Below, piece by piece: positions 48,768-58,541 of a DNA stretch of 64,000 nt (within the stretch, counting starts at the first letter, position 1; each line of letters starts with the position of its first letter). The stretch comes from Bacteriovoracaceae bacterium (lineage in GTDB: Bacteria > Bdellovibrionota > Bacteriovoracia > Bacteriovoracales > Bacteriovoracaceae). The stretch spans positions 2,648,146 through 2,712,145 of the forward strand of contig OZ244226.1 of NCBI GenBank assembly GCA_965217035.1. The letters are read 5' to 3'. Under the pieces are notes generated by a model that saw only the letters and a list, made by a program, of their open reading frames with translations, was not told where the DNA came from and searched no databases. The position numbers were made by a program, and so were the translations under genes.

Positions 48768-49609
48768 TGATTAGTCTGTTCTTCATCTTTATTGATTAAT
48801 TTTTTTAGTTCAGGATCATAGCGATCTGACTTCTCATCAATATCTTCAAGCGAATCAGCAGAATGCCTATTATCTCTTGCTATGGCCAAAAGAATAAATG
48901 AACCCATCACAAGAACTCCTATTGTCATTCCAAAACCAAAGAGAGTGACTGCAAGAATAGAACCAAGTCCAAGAACGATCATGATAGCAATCCAAAGAGC
49001 TTTGGTGGCCCTCTTTTCATTTTGGGCCAGGCTTCTTACTTGATTCTTACTCCCTTTTTTAACTAAAAAGAAAACATCAGGCTCTCCTCCAGAAAGAAGT
49101 TCTTTTTTCAATGTCTTTAAATATTCGAGATAGTTTTGAGAGTTATGAAGCTTCCATCTCAGTTTCTTTGTCATATTTGAGTAATATTCATCTAATGTTC
49201 TATAGTTTTTATGAAGCTGTCTTTCAAAGCCTTCAAGAGTGTAAACGCCTTCAGATCGAACAAATTTTTCGTAAAATCTTCTTCGTTTCTTGTCATTTTT
49301 CATTAATCTTTTAAGTTGTTTCCGATGTATCTTTTTAGCGAAATTGATTTTCTTTTCCATTTTTTTTAAAGCCTTAGGCTTTTTAGTTCTTCTTCGACTT
49401 TCTCTTTTGATGAGTTTATTAAGTCTCTTGAGGACTTTCTTAGAGGGAGATTTTGCTCTAACCTCTGAGGTGAACTCAGGAGTGAATTCTTTTTCAAGAA
49501 TCGCATCAATTGTTTCAGCTTCAGCCTGTACTGTAAGACCCCAGCTATATTCTTTAATAGTAAATTGGAAAGCGATGAGGCAAACAACAAAGGTTCTGAA
49601 GCTTAGCAT
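48755..49609 (-). CDS. Orphan secreted/membrane protein, paralog family C, divergent copy 3
   Basis: KRLNKLI.RE, KRRRFYEKF, Y.EYL, RSLAQ, hydrophobic hairpin with LFG; lacks the C-terminal domain. Confidence 0.78.
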   Translation of the reverse strand: MLSFRTFVVCLIAFQFTIKEYSWGLTVQAEAETIDAILEKEFTPEFTSEVRAKSPSKKVLKRLNKLIKRESRRRTKKPKALKKMEKKINFAKKIHRKQLKRLMKNDKKRRRFYEKFVRSEGVYTLEGFERQLHKNYRTLDEYYSNMTKKLRWKLHNSQNYLEYLKTLKKELLSGGEPDVFFLVKKGSKNQVRSLAQNEKRATKALWIAIMIVLGLGSILAVTLFGFGMTIGVLVMGSFILLAIARDNRHSADSLEDIDEKSDRYDPELKKLINKDEEQTNHQSL

Positions 49610-49710
49610 TGAATTCTCCTAGTTTAATAAAGTAGTGTCGGTTGAAGGGAACTACCTGATTAAACTGCTCGGAGAAAAAACGCTGACAACTGTCTTTATC
49701 CTTTAGAAAG

Positions 49711-51312
49711 CTAAGAGAGATTCTCTTGAGAACTTAAATACTCCTCGAAAGTACAGAGCTTATCAAAATGGACTTTACCGTCATTGAAAGCAAGGACTCT
49801 CTTTGCAACCGTCTGAACAAATTCATGATCATGAGAAGAGAGTAAAATCGTTCCCTTATAGCGAATGAGACCATCGTTAAAAGCTGAAATCGATTCAAGG
49901 TCGAGGTGATTGGTTGGTCCATCTATTACAAGAACGTTAGAGCCCGAGAGCATCATTTTAGAGATCATACAGCGAACTTTCTCTCCCCCTGAAAGGACAT
50001 TAGTTTTCTTAAGAGCATCATCACCAGAGAAAAGCATTTTTCCAAGGAAGCCTCGAATAAATTCCTCTGTTTGATCTTCAGGAGAGTATTGTCTTAGCCA
50101 ATCGACAATAGAATGTTCTCCTGATTCAAAATAATGAGAATTATCATCTGGAAGATAGGCTTGAGAAGTCGTGACTCCCCAATTATAAGAACCCGAATCA
50201 GCTTCCATATTCCCCATTAAAATTTCAAAAAGAGTCGTGATCGATCGATCATTATCGGCAAGAAAAGCAACCTTTTCTCCCTTGTTGATTGAAAAGCTAA
50301 CATTATCAAGAAGTTTGACCCCGTCAATTGTTTTTGAAATCCCTTCTACAATCAGCATGTCCTTTCCTGCTTCGCGAGATTGATTGAACATAACATAAGG
50401 GTATTTTCTTGTTGTCCTTGGAAGATCAACAAGTTCGAGCTTTTCAAGTTGTTTTTGTCTTGACGTCGCCTGTTTCGATTTGGAAGCGTTTGCGCTAAAG
50501 CGCTGGATAAAATCTTTGAGCTCTTTAACTTTCTCTTCTTGTTTCTTCTTTTGATTCGACCTTAAATGAAGAGCAAGTTCACTTGATTGCTTCCAGAAGT
50601 CATAATTTCCGACATAGCTTGTGATTTTTCCAAAGTCCACGTCTGCAATATGAGTGCAAACCTTATTAAGAAAATGTCTATCATGAGAAACAACGATGAC
50701 AGTATTTTTAAAACTTAAAAGAAATTCTTCAAGCCATTTAATCGCTTGAATATCAAGATTGTTGGTCGGCTCATCCAAAAGGAGCGTATCAGGTTCTCCA
50801 AAAAGAGCTTGAACAAGAAGCACCTTAACCTTCTCTGAACCTGTCAGGTTTTTCATTAATGTTTCATGTTTATCCGTTCCAATCCCAAGACCAGCAAGAA
50901 GAGTCGCAGCTTCGGATTCTGCTTCCCATCCATTCATTTCAGCAAAGGCAACTTCAAGTTCTGAAGCGCGCATACCATCTTCATCACTCATTTCGCCCTT
51001 CGCATAAATCTCATCTTTCTCTTTCATGACTTCATAAAGATGAGGATTACCCATAAGAACCGTTTGCATGACTGTGTGTTCGTCATAGGCAAAGTGATTT
51101 TGCTTAAGAACTGAAAGTCTCTCACCTGGCTTCATTTCAACATGACCTGTTTGAGGTTCTAGCTCGCCAGAAAGAATTTTGATGAAGGTCGATTTCCCTG
51201 CTCCATTAGCGCCAATAAGGCCATAACAATTGCCGCGAGAAAACTTAATAGTGACATCTTCGAAGAGCTTCTGCCCACCGAAACTGAGAGAGACGTTATT
51301 TGTACTGATCAT
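49711..51312 (-). CDS. ABC-F family ATPase, YbiT-like
   Basis: GANGAGKSTF, RFSANASKSKQATSR linker, LSGGEK. Confidence 0.93.
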   Translation of the reverse strand: MISTNNVSLSFGGQKLFEDVTIKFSRGNCYGLIGANGAGKSTFIKILSGELEPQTGHVEMKPGERLSVLKQNHFAYDEHTVMQTVLMGNPHLYEVMKEKDEIYAKGEMSDEDGMRASELEVAFAEMNGWEAESEAATLLAGLGIGTDKHETLMKNLTGSEKVKVLLVQALFGEPDTLLLDEPTNNLDIQAIKWLEEFLLSFKNTVIVVSHDRHFLNKVCTHIADVDFGKITSYVGNYDFWKQSSELALHLRSNQKKKQEEKVKELKDFIQRFSANASKSKQATSRQKQLEKLELVDLPRTTRKYPYVMFNQSREAGKDMLIVEGISKTIDGVKLLDNVSFSINKGEKVAFLADNDRSITTLFEILMGNMEADSGSYNWGVTTSQAYLPDDNSHYFESGEHSIVDWLRQYSPEDQTEEFIRGFLGKMLFSGDDALKKTNVLSGGEKVRCMISKMMLSGSNVLVIDGPTNHLDLESISAFNDGLIRYKGTILLSSHDHEFVQTVAKRVLAFNDGKVHFDKLCTFEEYLSSQENLS

Positions 51313-51354
51313 AATGAAAGAATCCTACAACATTAGTTGCAATCCGTCATGCCC

Positions 51355-51987
51355 TTACTCCAGAATAGTTTTAGGCTGCTCAAAGTGCTGATAGTCCTTT
51401 AAACGAGTCCAATTGCCGCCCCATGACCATCCTTGTTTTTTGAATTCCTGCACAATAAGGTCGTTTTCTTTGATAAGCCCTTTCGCCTTCAGTTCCCTGT
51501 CCGTATAACGACTTCCTTCTTTTGGTAAAACGAGATCACCCTTAACATAAGGATTAATCAGAGGGTTAATATCAATAGCAAGGCCATAGGAATGAAGTGA
51601 GAACTCATTCTTTTTTCCAGTGATAGGTCTGCAATTAAAGGCTGATGTGTTATTTGCTTTCATGGAAGTCATATCATCAGCTTTATAAAAGTCGACACGT
51701 TTTGCTATTTGAATCGGGTATTGAAATTTAAAAAGATTTTCAAGGATAGTTTTCAGTCCCTTAGCGACTTTTGCATGAACAACAAGCTCTCCTGATGTCA
51801 CCGATTTTTTAAAATCATAATGAAGAAATTTTACGAGCCTCAGATCTTCAAAAGGAACAGGGCATCCCTTTTTCATACTGAGACCCATCATATGTTCTTG
51901 AGTTTCCTTTGAAATCTCGAGAATCTCTACTGGGCCCTTTTTTAAGGCATAGAGATTAAAGCTAATTAAGAAAATTAAAAGTTTCAT
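51355..51987 (-). CDS. Secreted M15 family peptidoglycan peptidase
   Basis: NNTSAFNCR, SLHSYGLAIDINP, WGGNW, DYQHFE. Confidence 0.9.
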   Translation of the reverse strand: MKLLIFLISFNLYALKKGPVEILEISKETQEHMMGLSMKKGCPVPFEDLRLVKFLHYDFKKSVTSGELVVHAKVAKGLKTILENLFKFQYPIQIAKRVDFYKADDMTSMKANNTSAFNCRPITGKKNEFSLHSYGLAIDINPLINPYVKGDLVLPKEGSRYTDRELKAKGLIKENDLIVQEFKKQGWSWGGNWTRLKDYQHFEQPKTILE

Positions 51988-53165
51988 TTTAATAATTTCT
52001 CAACGGTACTTTTAGAAAGATAACCGTCAGGAATAAGTCCTTGAGACTTTTGATAAGTTTGAAAGGCCCTAATAGACTTTCTTCCAAGAATCCCATCAAC
52101 TTTCCCAGCATCAAAACCAAGAGAGTTTAATCTCGCTTGAATTTTTTTACTTATTGTTTTGGTTAAAAAGTCTGGTTCGGTGAAATCTACATCGTTCCAA
52201 TATGTTGCTCGATCAGTAATTCGATCAGACATCATTCCAACTGCAAGAGCATATTTTGCTGAATAATTCCATCGAAAGATCGTAAAGAAGTTATTATAAA
52301 CGAGAAACTTGGGACCTTTATGCCCTTGAGGAAGAAAAACGGCCGTGAGGTGTTTGGAACCAGGAAGTTCCTGTCCATTTGAAAGAGTAACTCCTTGCTT
52401 TCTCCAGAAATCAACAGGTTTTTTCACTTTTAAACCTGAGTTAAAGAAGTCAAAGTTTCTTGGGAGAGAAATAGGATGGCCCCAATGCTCTGATCCATCC
52501 CAGCCTTCGCCTTTAAGGAATTTTGCTGAAGAACCTAGAAAATCAGGACGTGATTCCCACATATTGATCACTCCATCATTATTGAAATCAATAGAATATT
52601 TTAAAACTTTACTCGGTAAAAATTGAGTTGATCCAATGGCACCTGCCCAAGAGCCTTTGATACGACTCCCGGGAAATTGAAAATTTCCAAGCTCTAAAAC
52701 TTTTAAAACAGCTATGAGTTCTCGCTTAAAGAAGCGTCCTCTTCTTCCGTCATAAATCAAAGTTGCAAAAGCTTCAATGACGTCAAAATAGCCTGTGTAT
52801 GAGGAATAGTTTGTTTCCATCGCCCAAAAGGAAAGCAAAAATCTTCTTTGAACTGGATAGAGAGCATCGATCCCATCAAAGAGATCAGAAAGTTCTTTGA
52901 TAAAGACTTTTCCTTTTGCGATTCTTTTTTCGCTAAGAACTCTTTTGAGGTAACTTCCAAAACTTCTTTTGAGCTCTGGTTGATTGCGGTCTGCTTTCAA
53001 AATAGCTTGGTTGAGTTTTACTCCTTTAAAAGCTTTATCAACAACTGCTTGAGAGAATTGATAGTCTCTAACCATTTCAATCTTGAGTTGCTCAAGAAAA
53101 ATAGAGAAATCTTTAGCATTAACTGGAGAACTCACGAGAAGCAAAAGAGATAAAAAGATTTTCAT
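51984..53165 (-). CDS. Lytic murein transglycosylase (MltB/SLT_2) with C-terminal PG-binding domain
   Basis: WAMETNY, GSWAGAIG..QFLPS, WNYS..YA, DGILG...AI..FQ-type PG-binding motif. Confidence 0.92.
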   Translation of the reverse strand: MKIFLSLLLLVSSPVNAKDFSIFLEQLKIEMVRDYQFSQAVVDKAFKGVKLNQAILKADRNQPELKRSFGSYLKRVLSEKRIAKGKVFIKELSDLFDGIDALYPVQRRFLLSFWAMETNYSSYTGYFDVIEAFATLIYDGRRGRFFKRELIAVLKVLELGNFQFPGSRIKGSWAGAIGSTQFLPSKVLKYSIDFNNDGVINMWESRPDFLGSSAKFLKGEGWDGSEHWGHPISLPRNFDFFNSGLKVKKPVDFWRKQGVTLSNGQELPGSKHLTAVFLPQGHKGPKFLVYNNFFTIFRWNYSAKYALAVGMMSDRITDRATYWNDVDFTEPDFLTKTISKKIQARLNSLGFDAGKVDGILGRKSIRAFQTYQKSQGLIPDGYLSKSTVEKLLK

Positions 53166-53256
53166 AAAACCCACCATGGTTAAAAGTTAAATCAAAGTAC
53201 TTTATTAATTTAATCTGATCTTAACCTATTCTTCAACAGAGAAGGGCGATCAGGTA

Positions 53257-54459
53257 TTAGAAGTGACTTCCAGCTATCCATCCACCCGTCCAAGCATTCT
53301 GAAAGTTGAAACCACCTGTAATGCCGTCTATATCAAGGACTTCACCTGCAAAAAATAATCTAGGGACTATTTTTGATTGCATTGTTTTAAAATCAATTTC
53401 TGCAAGATTAACTCCTCCACATTCCACAAATTCCTCTTTAAATCGACTTTTTCCTTCGACAAAGAGGGAAGTTTTATAAAGCGAATCAGTAAGAATGTTG
53501 ATCTCTTTTTGTGAAATTTCATTCCAGGATTTATTGGGATCGATCTTATTAAATTCTAAAAATTGATTCCAAAAACGATTTGGTAAAGAATCGATGACTG
53601 TATTGTTTATTTTTCTTTTTAGTTTTGTTTTGTTTTTTAGGTACTTAAAAATTTCTTCCCGTTTTTGATTGAGCCAATTGATTTGAATCTCTGCTTGATA
53701 ATTATCTTCTTTCATTTCACGGGCCGCCCAGGCAGATAATTTCAAAAGAGCAGGACCACTTAATCCCCAGTGAGTAATAAGGAGGGGGCCCGCCTGTTCA
53801 AAATCTTTGTTACTTGTCTTCAATTGCAGGTGAACATTTGAAAAAGTAATACCAGAAAGATCCTTAAGCAATTCAGAATTAATCTTAAAAGTGAAAAGGC
53901 TAGGAGCAAGATCGGTTATAGTATGTCCTAATTGCTTTGCGAGTTTATACCCGCTGGGCATACTCCCTGTTGCAATCATTAAAGAATCACAGAGAAACTC
54001 TTCATCTTTGTTGACCCATAAAGAAAATTTATCTCCGATCTTCTTAACCGTTTTTACATTCTTTTGTTTTAAAATTTTAATCTGATATTTTTTTACCTGC
54101 CCCATAAAGCAATCGATGATTGTTTGCGAGGAGTTTGTGACAGGAAACATTCTCCCATCATCTTCGCTTTTGATTTTGACACCTTTATCTTCAAACCATT
54201 TGACCGTATCTTCGGCTTGGAATTGATTAAGAGGAGAGAGAAGTTCTTTTTGTCCCCTTGGATAATTTTTAGCAAACTCACGAGAGTCAAATTGATGGTG
54301 AGTGACATTACACCGTCCACCTCCAGAAATTTTAACTTTTTTTAAGATTTGAGGGCTTGCTTCAAGAACTGTGACTTTATATTTCGGATGAATTTCTTTA
54401 CAACGAATCGCTGCAAAAATGCCAGCTGCGCCTCCTCCAATTATTATGATTTTCTTCAT
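53257..54459 (-). CDS. HI0933/BaiN family flavoprotein
   Basis: GGGAAG, KISGGGRCNVT, GRMFP, THWGLSGP, TGGFNFQ. Confidence 0.93.
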   Translation of the reverse strand: MKKIIIIGGGAAGIFAAIRCKEIHPKYKVTVLEASPQILKKVKISGGGRCNVTHHQFDSREFAKNYPRGQKELLSPLNQFQAEDTVKWFEDKGVKIKSEDDGRMFPVTNSSQTIIDCFMGQVKKYQIKILKQKNVKTVKKIGDKFSLWVNKDEEFLCDSLMIATGSMPSGYKLAKQLGHTITDLAPSLFTFKINSELLKDLSGITFSNVHLQLKTSNKDFEQAGPLLITHWGLSGPALLKLSAWAAREMKEDNYQAEIQINWLNQKREEIFKYLKNKTKLKRKINNTVIDSLPNRFWNQFLEFNKIDPNKSWNEISQKEINILTDSLYKTSLFVEGKSRFKEEFVECGGVNLAEIDFKTMQSKIVPRLFFAGEVLDIDGITGGFNFQNAWTGGWIAGSHF

Positions 54460-55733
54460 GAATCTTGAGCAATGATTTCTACTAAACGGTAGACATCAGT
54501 GTAGTTATTATAAAGAGGGGCCGGAGCAATCCTCATAATATCAGGTTCACGGAAGTCGCAGATGGCACCCTTTTTTTGAAGAGACTGATTAAGAAGACGA
54601 GCATCTTTTTTATAACGAATGCAAAGCATATTTCCTCTGGTTTGTTCTGATTCAGAATACTCAGGAGTCATGATCTCTACAGAGTCTGAACAGTTCTCCT
54701 TTAAAAGGAATTCAAGATAGCCCGTCAAGTGATCACCTTTGTTTCTTAAGGCTTCGATTGTTGCTTCATTAAAAAGTTCAAGGCTCGATTTGATTGTCGC
54801 TAATTGAATAATAGGGTGATTGCTTAATTGCCAGGCTTCAGCAGTTGGAATGGGATCAAAGTCTGGTCCCATCACAAAACGTGTGGCCTTATTTTGTCCC
54901 CACCAACCTTCAAAACGTGGGATACTTGGATCACCCAAGTGTCTTTGGTTTACAAAAGCCCCCGACAAACCACCCGGTCCTGAGTTCATATACTTATAAG
55001 TGCACCAAACAGCGAAGTCAGCATTGGTGTCATGAAGATTGCAAAGAATATTCCCTGCTCCATGAGCAAGATCAAAACCGACAAAAGCTCCAACTTCATG
55101 CCCCTTACTTGTTATCTCTTTCATTTTAAAGGCTTGGCCTGAAAGATAATTACAATTCCCAAGCATCACAAGAGCAAGTTCTTCCCCATGGTCTTGAATT
55201 GTTTGAAGGATGTCTCCATGATCAAGAGTCATCTTTTCATCTCTGGGTTTTAATTCGATCAGAGCGTCTCGCCAGTCGATTCCATGAAATCGAAGTTGAG
55301 ACTTCACGGCATAAATGTCAGACGGGAAGGCATTATTTTCAATTAAAATTTTATAACGCTTTTTAGTGGGGCGATAAAAAGAAACCATCATAAAATGAAG
55401 ATTCGCAGTAAGCGTATTCATAATGACAATTTCTTCAGGTTTTGCACCCACAACTTTTGCCATCGGTTCCGTTAAAGATTCATGATAATCCATCCAAGAG
55501 TTTTCACCAGTAAAGTGACCTTCGACCGCATACTTTTCCCAGTCTTCAAGAACAGAATCAATTTTATCTTTAGTTTTCCTAGGTTGAAGTCCTAAGGAAT
55601 GACCTGCAAAATAAAGATAATTTTCTCCTTCTTTTGTCTTTGGAAAAAGAAACTCATCTCTTAAATGAGCTAAAGGATCATTTTGATTAAAGTTTTCCGC
55701 TACCGAAAGGCTATTGTCTGAATTTTTAAACAT
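54456..55733 (-). CDS. kynU: Kynureninase
   Basis: GHSLGLQP, AFPSD.YA, FDLAHGAGN, WCTYKY.NSGPG, GWWG, DFREP. Confidence 0.95.
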   Translation of the reverse strand: MFKNSDNSLSVAENFNQNDPLAHLRDEFLFPKTKEGENYLYFAGHSLGLQPRKTKDKIDSVLEDWEKYAVEGHFTGENSWMDYHESLTEPMAKVVGAKPEEIVIMNTLTANLHFMMVSFYRPTKKRYKILIENNAFPSDIYAVKSQLRFHGIDWRDALIELKPRDEKMTLDHGDILQTIQDHGEELALVMLGNCNYLSGQAFKMKEITSKGHEVGAFVGFDLAHGAGNILCNLHDTNADFAVWCTYKYMNSGPGGLSGAFVNQRHLGDPSIPRFEGWWGQNKATRFVMGPDFDPIPTAEAWQLSNHPIIQLATIKSSLELFNEATIEALRNKGDHLTGYLEFLLKENCSDSVEIMTPEYSESEQTRGNMLCIRYKKDARLLNQSLQKKGAICDFREPDIMRIAPAPLYNNYTDVYRLVEIIAQDS

Positions 55734-55825
55734 GGAATCTACTCCTCAATATAAACATAATCTTAATAATTTTCGTCGTCTATAGCTTTTAGACAGACCT
55801 ATCATTTTGTCGACATAATAGAGAG

Positions 55826-56467
55826 ATGATAGAAAGTTTGTTCACCTCAAAGAAGATCATTGATATCACTCCTGTTATTGGTCCTGAGATGGCCGTTTTC
55901 CCAGGAGACCAACCTTTTGAAAGAGATATCGCTCTTGATTTCTCTAAAGGAGATCATCTAACACTTTCATCAATGAAAACGAGTCTTCATATCGGTGCCC
56001 ATACAGATGCCCCTAATCATTATGCGAAAGAGGGAGTTGGGATTGATCAGGTTGATCTTGCAATCTATATGGGACCTTGTCAGGTCATAACTATAAATCT
56101 TGAGAGAGGAAAAAGAATCAGTTCCGAAGATTTTAAGACAGAGATAAAGACTGAAAGAATTTTATTTCGAACTCTTTCTTTTCCTGATCCGAATAATTGG
56201 AATCATGATTTTGTCTCCTTGGATCCAGCTCTTGTTGAGAGCTTGGCAAAAAAAGGAGTTAAACTCGTAGGAATAGATACTCCTTCAGTTGATCCTGCAG
56301 ACGACAAAGAACTTCTGTCCCATACGGCCATTTGGAAAAATAAAATGGCGATTCTTGAGGGGATCGTTTTGAATGATGTTGAAGATGGAACCTATGAACT
56401 CTTGGCGCTACCAATTCCTATAAAAGATGCAGATGCTTCTCCAGTGAGAGCGATTCTAATCTCTTAA
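55826..56467 (+). CDS. kynB: Kynurenine formamidase (cyclase family)
   Basis: HIGAHTDAP, GIDTPSVDP, DASPVRA; divergent from kynU. Confidence 0.9.
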   Translation: MIESLFTSKKIIDITPVIGPEMAVFPGDQPFERDIALDFSKGDHLTLSSMKTSLHIGAHTDAPNHYAKEGVGIDQVDLAIYMGPCQVITINLERGKRISSEDFKTEIKTERILFRTLSFPDPNNWNHDFVSLDPALVESLAKKGVKLVGIDTPSVDPADDKELLSHTAIWKNKMAILEGIVLNDVEDGTYELLALPIPIKDADASPVRAILIS

Positions 56468-56549
56468 TCCTTTAATTTGCTTTTGAGATGATAAGTTTTT
56501 TTACAAATAACTGACAGATCTTTCTCTTAAAATAGCCGATAATGAGAGA

Positions 56550-56873
56550 ATGAGAGTCATAGCGATGTTTCTTTCATTTTTTCTGATAAGTTCTACCGTA
56601 ACTGCTAAGGTCTGTTCTATTTGCTCATTCGAAAGCTCTATAAAGAAATCTGAAGTCCCTCCTTGTCATCAGGAGCAAGAGGATGAAAGAGAGTCTGAAA
56701 ATAAAAAAATAGAGTGTTGCCCTCTTTGTGTTATGTCTTCTCTTGACCCTGTAAAGAGTCCTGAGGTTGCAGTTGTTCTTATTGAGTTTGAAGTTTTTCA
56801 ACCCGGTTATTATAACTCTTACAAAAGTCGCTCTCTCAAACCTCATTTACCTCCTCCTATTTTTTCTTCTTAG
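56550..56873 (+). CDS. Small Cys-rich exported protein, DUF2946/CruR/CutF-like
   Basis: Signal peptide, CSIC, PPCH, CCPLC, C-terminal LPPP. Confidence 0.65.
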   Translation: MRVIAMFLSFFLISSTVTAKVCSICSFESSIKKSEVPPCHQEQEDERESENKKIECCPLCVMSSLDPVKSPEVAVVLIEFEVFQPGYYNSYKSRSLKPHLPPPIFSS

Positions 56874-56915
56874 TTCAAATTTTTACTGATTCTAAAAAAT
56901 TATAAGGAGAAAAAA

Positions 56916-57380
56916 ATGGATAGAAGAAGTTTTATAAGATCTTCTGCGGCCGTAGCAGGAGCTACTTTAATGAACTCGAGCATGGCATCGAGTAATAAAC
57001 ATAAAATGCCAGCAGATTTAGGTAAAGCACCACTAAAGAATAGTGAGCAAAAAAAACTTATTGCAAGTACCGTCGATTGCATAGAGAAAGGAAGAACTTG
57101 TCTTACTCATTGTGCTAAGGAACTTGCAAAAGGTGATCCTATGATGGCCAAATGCAATCTTGCTGTTCAAAATATGCTCGCAGCATGTGAGGGTTTAAAT
57201 AAAGTTGCTCATTTAAACAGCCTTGATTCGAAAAGTTTCAAAAGTTTTGTCAAAGGATGTCAGCTTGTTTGTGAACAATGTTATGTTGAGTGTAAAAAGC
57301 ATAAAGACCATCACGCTGAGTGCAAAGCTTGTATGAAGTCTTGTGAAGAATGTATCGAGATCTGTAAAAAACTTTCTTAA
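56916..57380 (+). CDS. Four-helix bundle copper storage protein (Csp), Tat-exported
   Basis: DRRSFI Tat motif; many CxxxC/CxxC motifs; CKKH...H..CKAC. Confidence 0.9.
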   Translation: MDRRSFIRSSAAVAGATLMNSSMASSNKHKMPADLGKAPLKNSEQKKLIASTVDCIEKGRTCLTHCAKELAKGDPMMAKCNLAVQNMLAACEGLNKVAHLNSLDSKSFKSFVKGCQLVCEQCYVECKKHKDHHAECKACMKSCEECIEICKKLS

Positions 57381-57385
57381 GTATT

Positions 57386-57411
57386 AGGGGGCTTTTAGGC
57401 CCCCTTCTTTT
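57386..57411 (+). terminator. Rho-independent terminator
   Basis: AGGGGGC-loop-GCCCCCT followed by TCTTTT. Confidence 0.7.
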
Positions 57412-58054
57412 GTAATCTTTTATTTACCCAAACGGCAAAAAAGGCTCCCAGACATGGGACAAAGATATAGAGCCAGATAGAACTTAGATCTCCGCCAATT
57501 AAAGCAGGTCCAAAACTTCGAGCTGGATTCATTGATGCTCCTGTATAAGGGCCTCCAAAATAAGAACAAAGAGAAATAGTGAATCCAATAGCAAAGCCTG
57601 AAAGTTTTTTCTGGATTTTTTTTCCTCTGGAAATCCAAAGAATGACAGACATTAAAGTGAATGTCATAAGGAATTCAAGTAGAACTCCTGTAAAAGTTGA
57701 GACGCTTAATCTCGTCATCCCAAAACTATGTGATCGGTTCCAGAGATTGAGATGGAGATTAGAAGCAAAAATAGCAGCAGTTAATTGCATTGTCAGATAA
57801 CCAAAAAGTTCTTCTGTACTCAATTTTTTATTGATCCAAAAACCAAGGCTGACTGCTGGATTGAAGTGGGCACCAGAAAATCGAGCGACTGCATAAATCA
57901 TAAGTCCAACAGTAGAACCAAAAATTAAAGAGATTTCAGCATGAGTGAAGTTTTTAATACTAAGTTCAGACAAGACAATAGAGCCACAACCAAGAAAAAC
58001 AAGAAGGAAAGTTCCAGCGAACTCCGAGGCAAACTTAATAGCAAGTTTATTCAT
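57395..58054 (-). CDS. MIP/aquaporin family channel
   Basis: SGAHFNPAV and GASMNPARS. Confidence 0.93.
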   Translation of the reverse strand: MNKLAIKFASEFAGTFLLVFLGCGSIVLSELSIKNFTHAEISLIFGSTVGLMIYAVARFSGAHFNPAVSLGFWINKKLSTEELFGYLTMQLTAAIFASNLHLNLWNRSHSFGMTRLSVSTFTGVLLEFLMTFTLMSVILWISRGKKIQKKLSGFAIGFTISLCSYFGGPYTGASMNPARSFGPALIGGDLSSIWLYIFVPCLGAFFAVWVNKRLQKKGA

Positions 58055-58094
58055 ATTAAAATTAAATCAAAGGACAGAGGGCCCGTAAAGAGGG

Positions 58095-58529
58095 TTACTT
58101 AATTGAATTTAGAGTCGAGATAATTTTAGTCGAAATCTTGTTAAGACTTTGGATTTCAGCGTGTTTCATTGGTTTTTTTAGAATAGGTTGGAGTCTACTC
58201 ATATCTTTAACCAAGTCTTCTCCACAGGATGTTGTAGAGCTGATCGATATGATCGTCTTTTTATGTTTTTTGAAGTGGGAATTAAGAAAAGAAAAATTCT
58301 TTAAGACTGTTTTTTTATCTTTTGCTGAAGGTTTTTTTTGATTGAGCATTTTTGTTGTGAGCATTCTAATTTTATAAAGCCTCGTTTCCACATTTTTTAA
58401 AGAGCTTTCATAGTCTTTATGATAAGAATATCCCTTAAGAGCGAGAGAAAGGGCATTCTTACAGTAGAAACCTAAACCTGCAAAACTATTAAAACTTAAT
58501 AAGAGTATGACGAAAGCAAAAATCTTCAT
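58095..58529 (-). CDS. Hypothetical secreted protein
   Basis: Signal peptide ending SFA; basic and helical. Confidence 0.65.
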   Translation of the reverse strand: MKIFAFVILLLSFNSFAGLGFYCKNALSLALKGYSYHKDYESSLKNVETRLYKIRMLTTKMLNQKKPSAKDKKTVLKNFSFLNSHFKKHKKTIISISSTTSCGEDLVKDMSRLQPILKKPMKHAEIQSLNKISTKIISTLNSIK

Positions 58530-58541
58530 TAAGATTAGGAT

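Noticed and set aside
53257..56467. kynU/kynB without kynA as a novel pathway
   Set aside because: kynA is often unlinked; absence from this window says nothing
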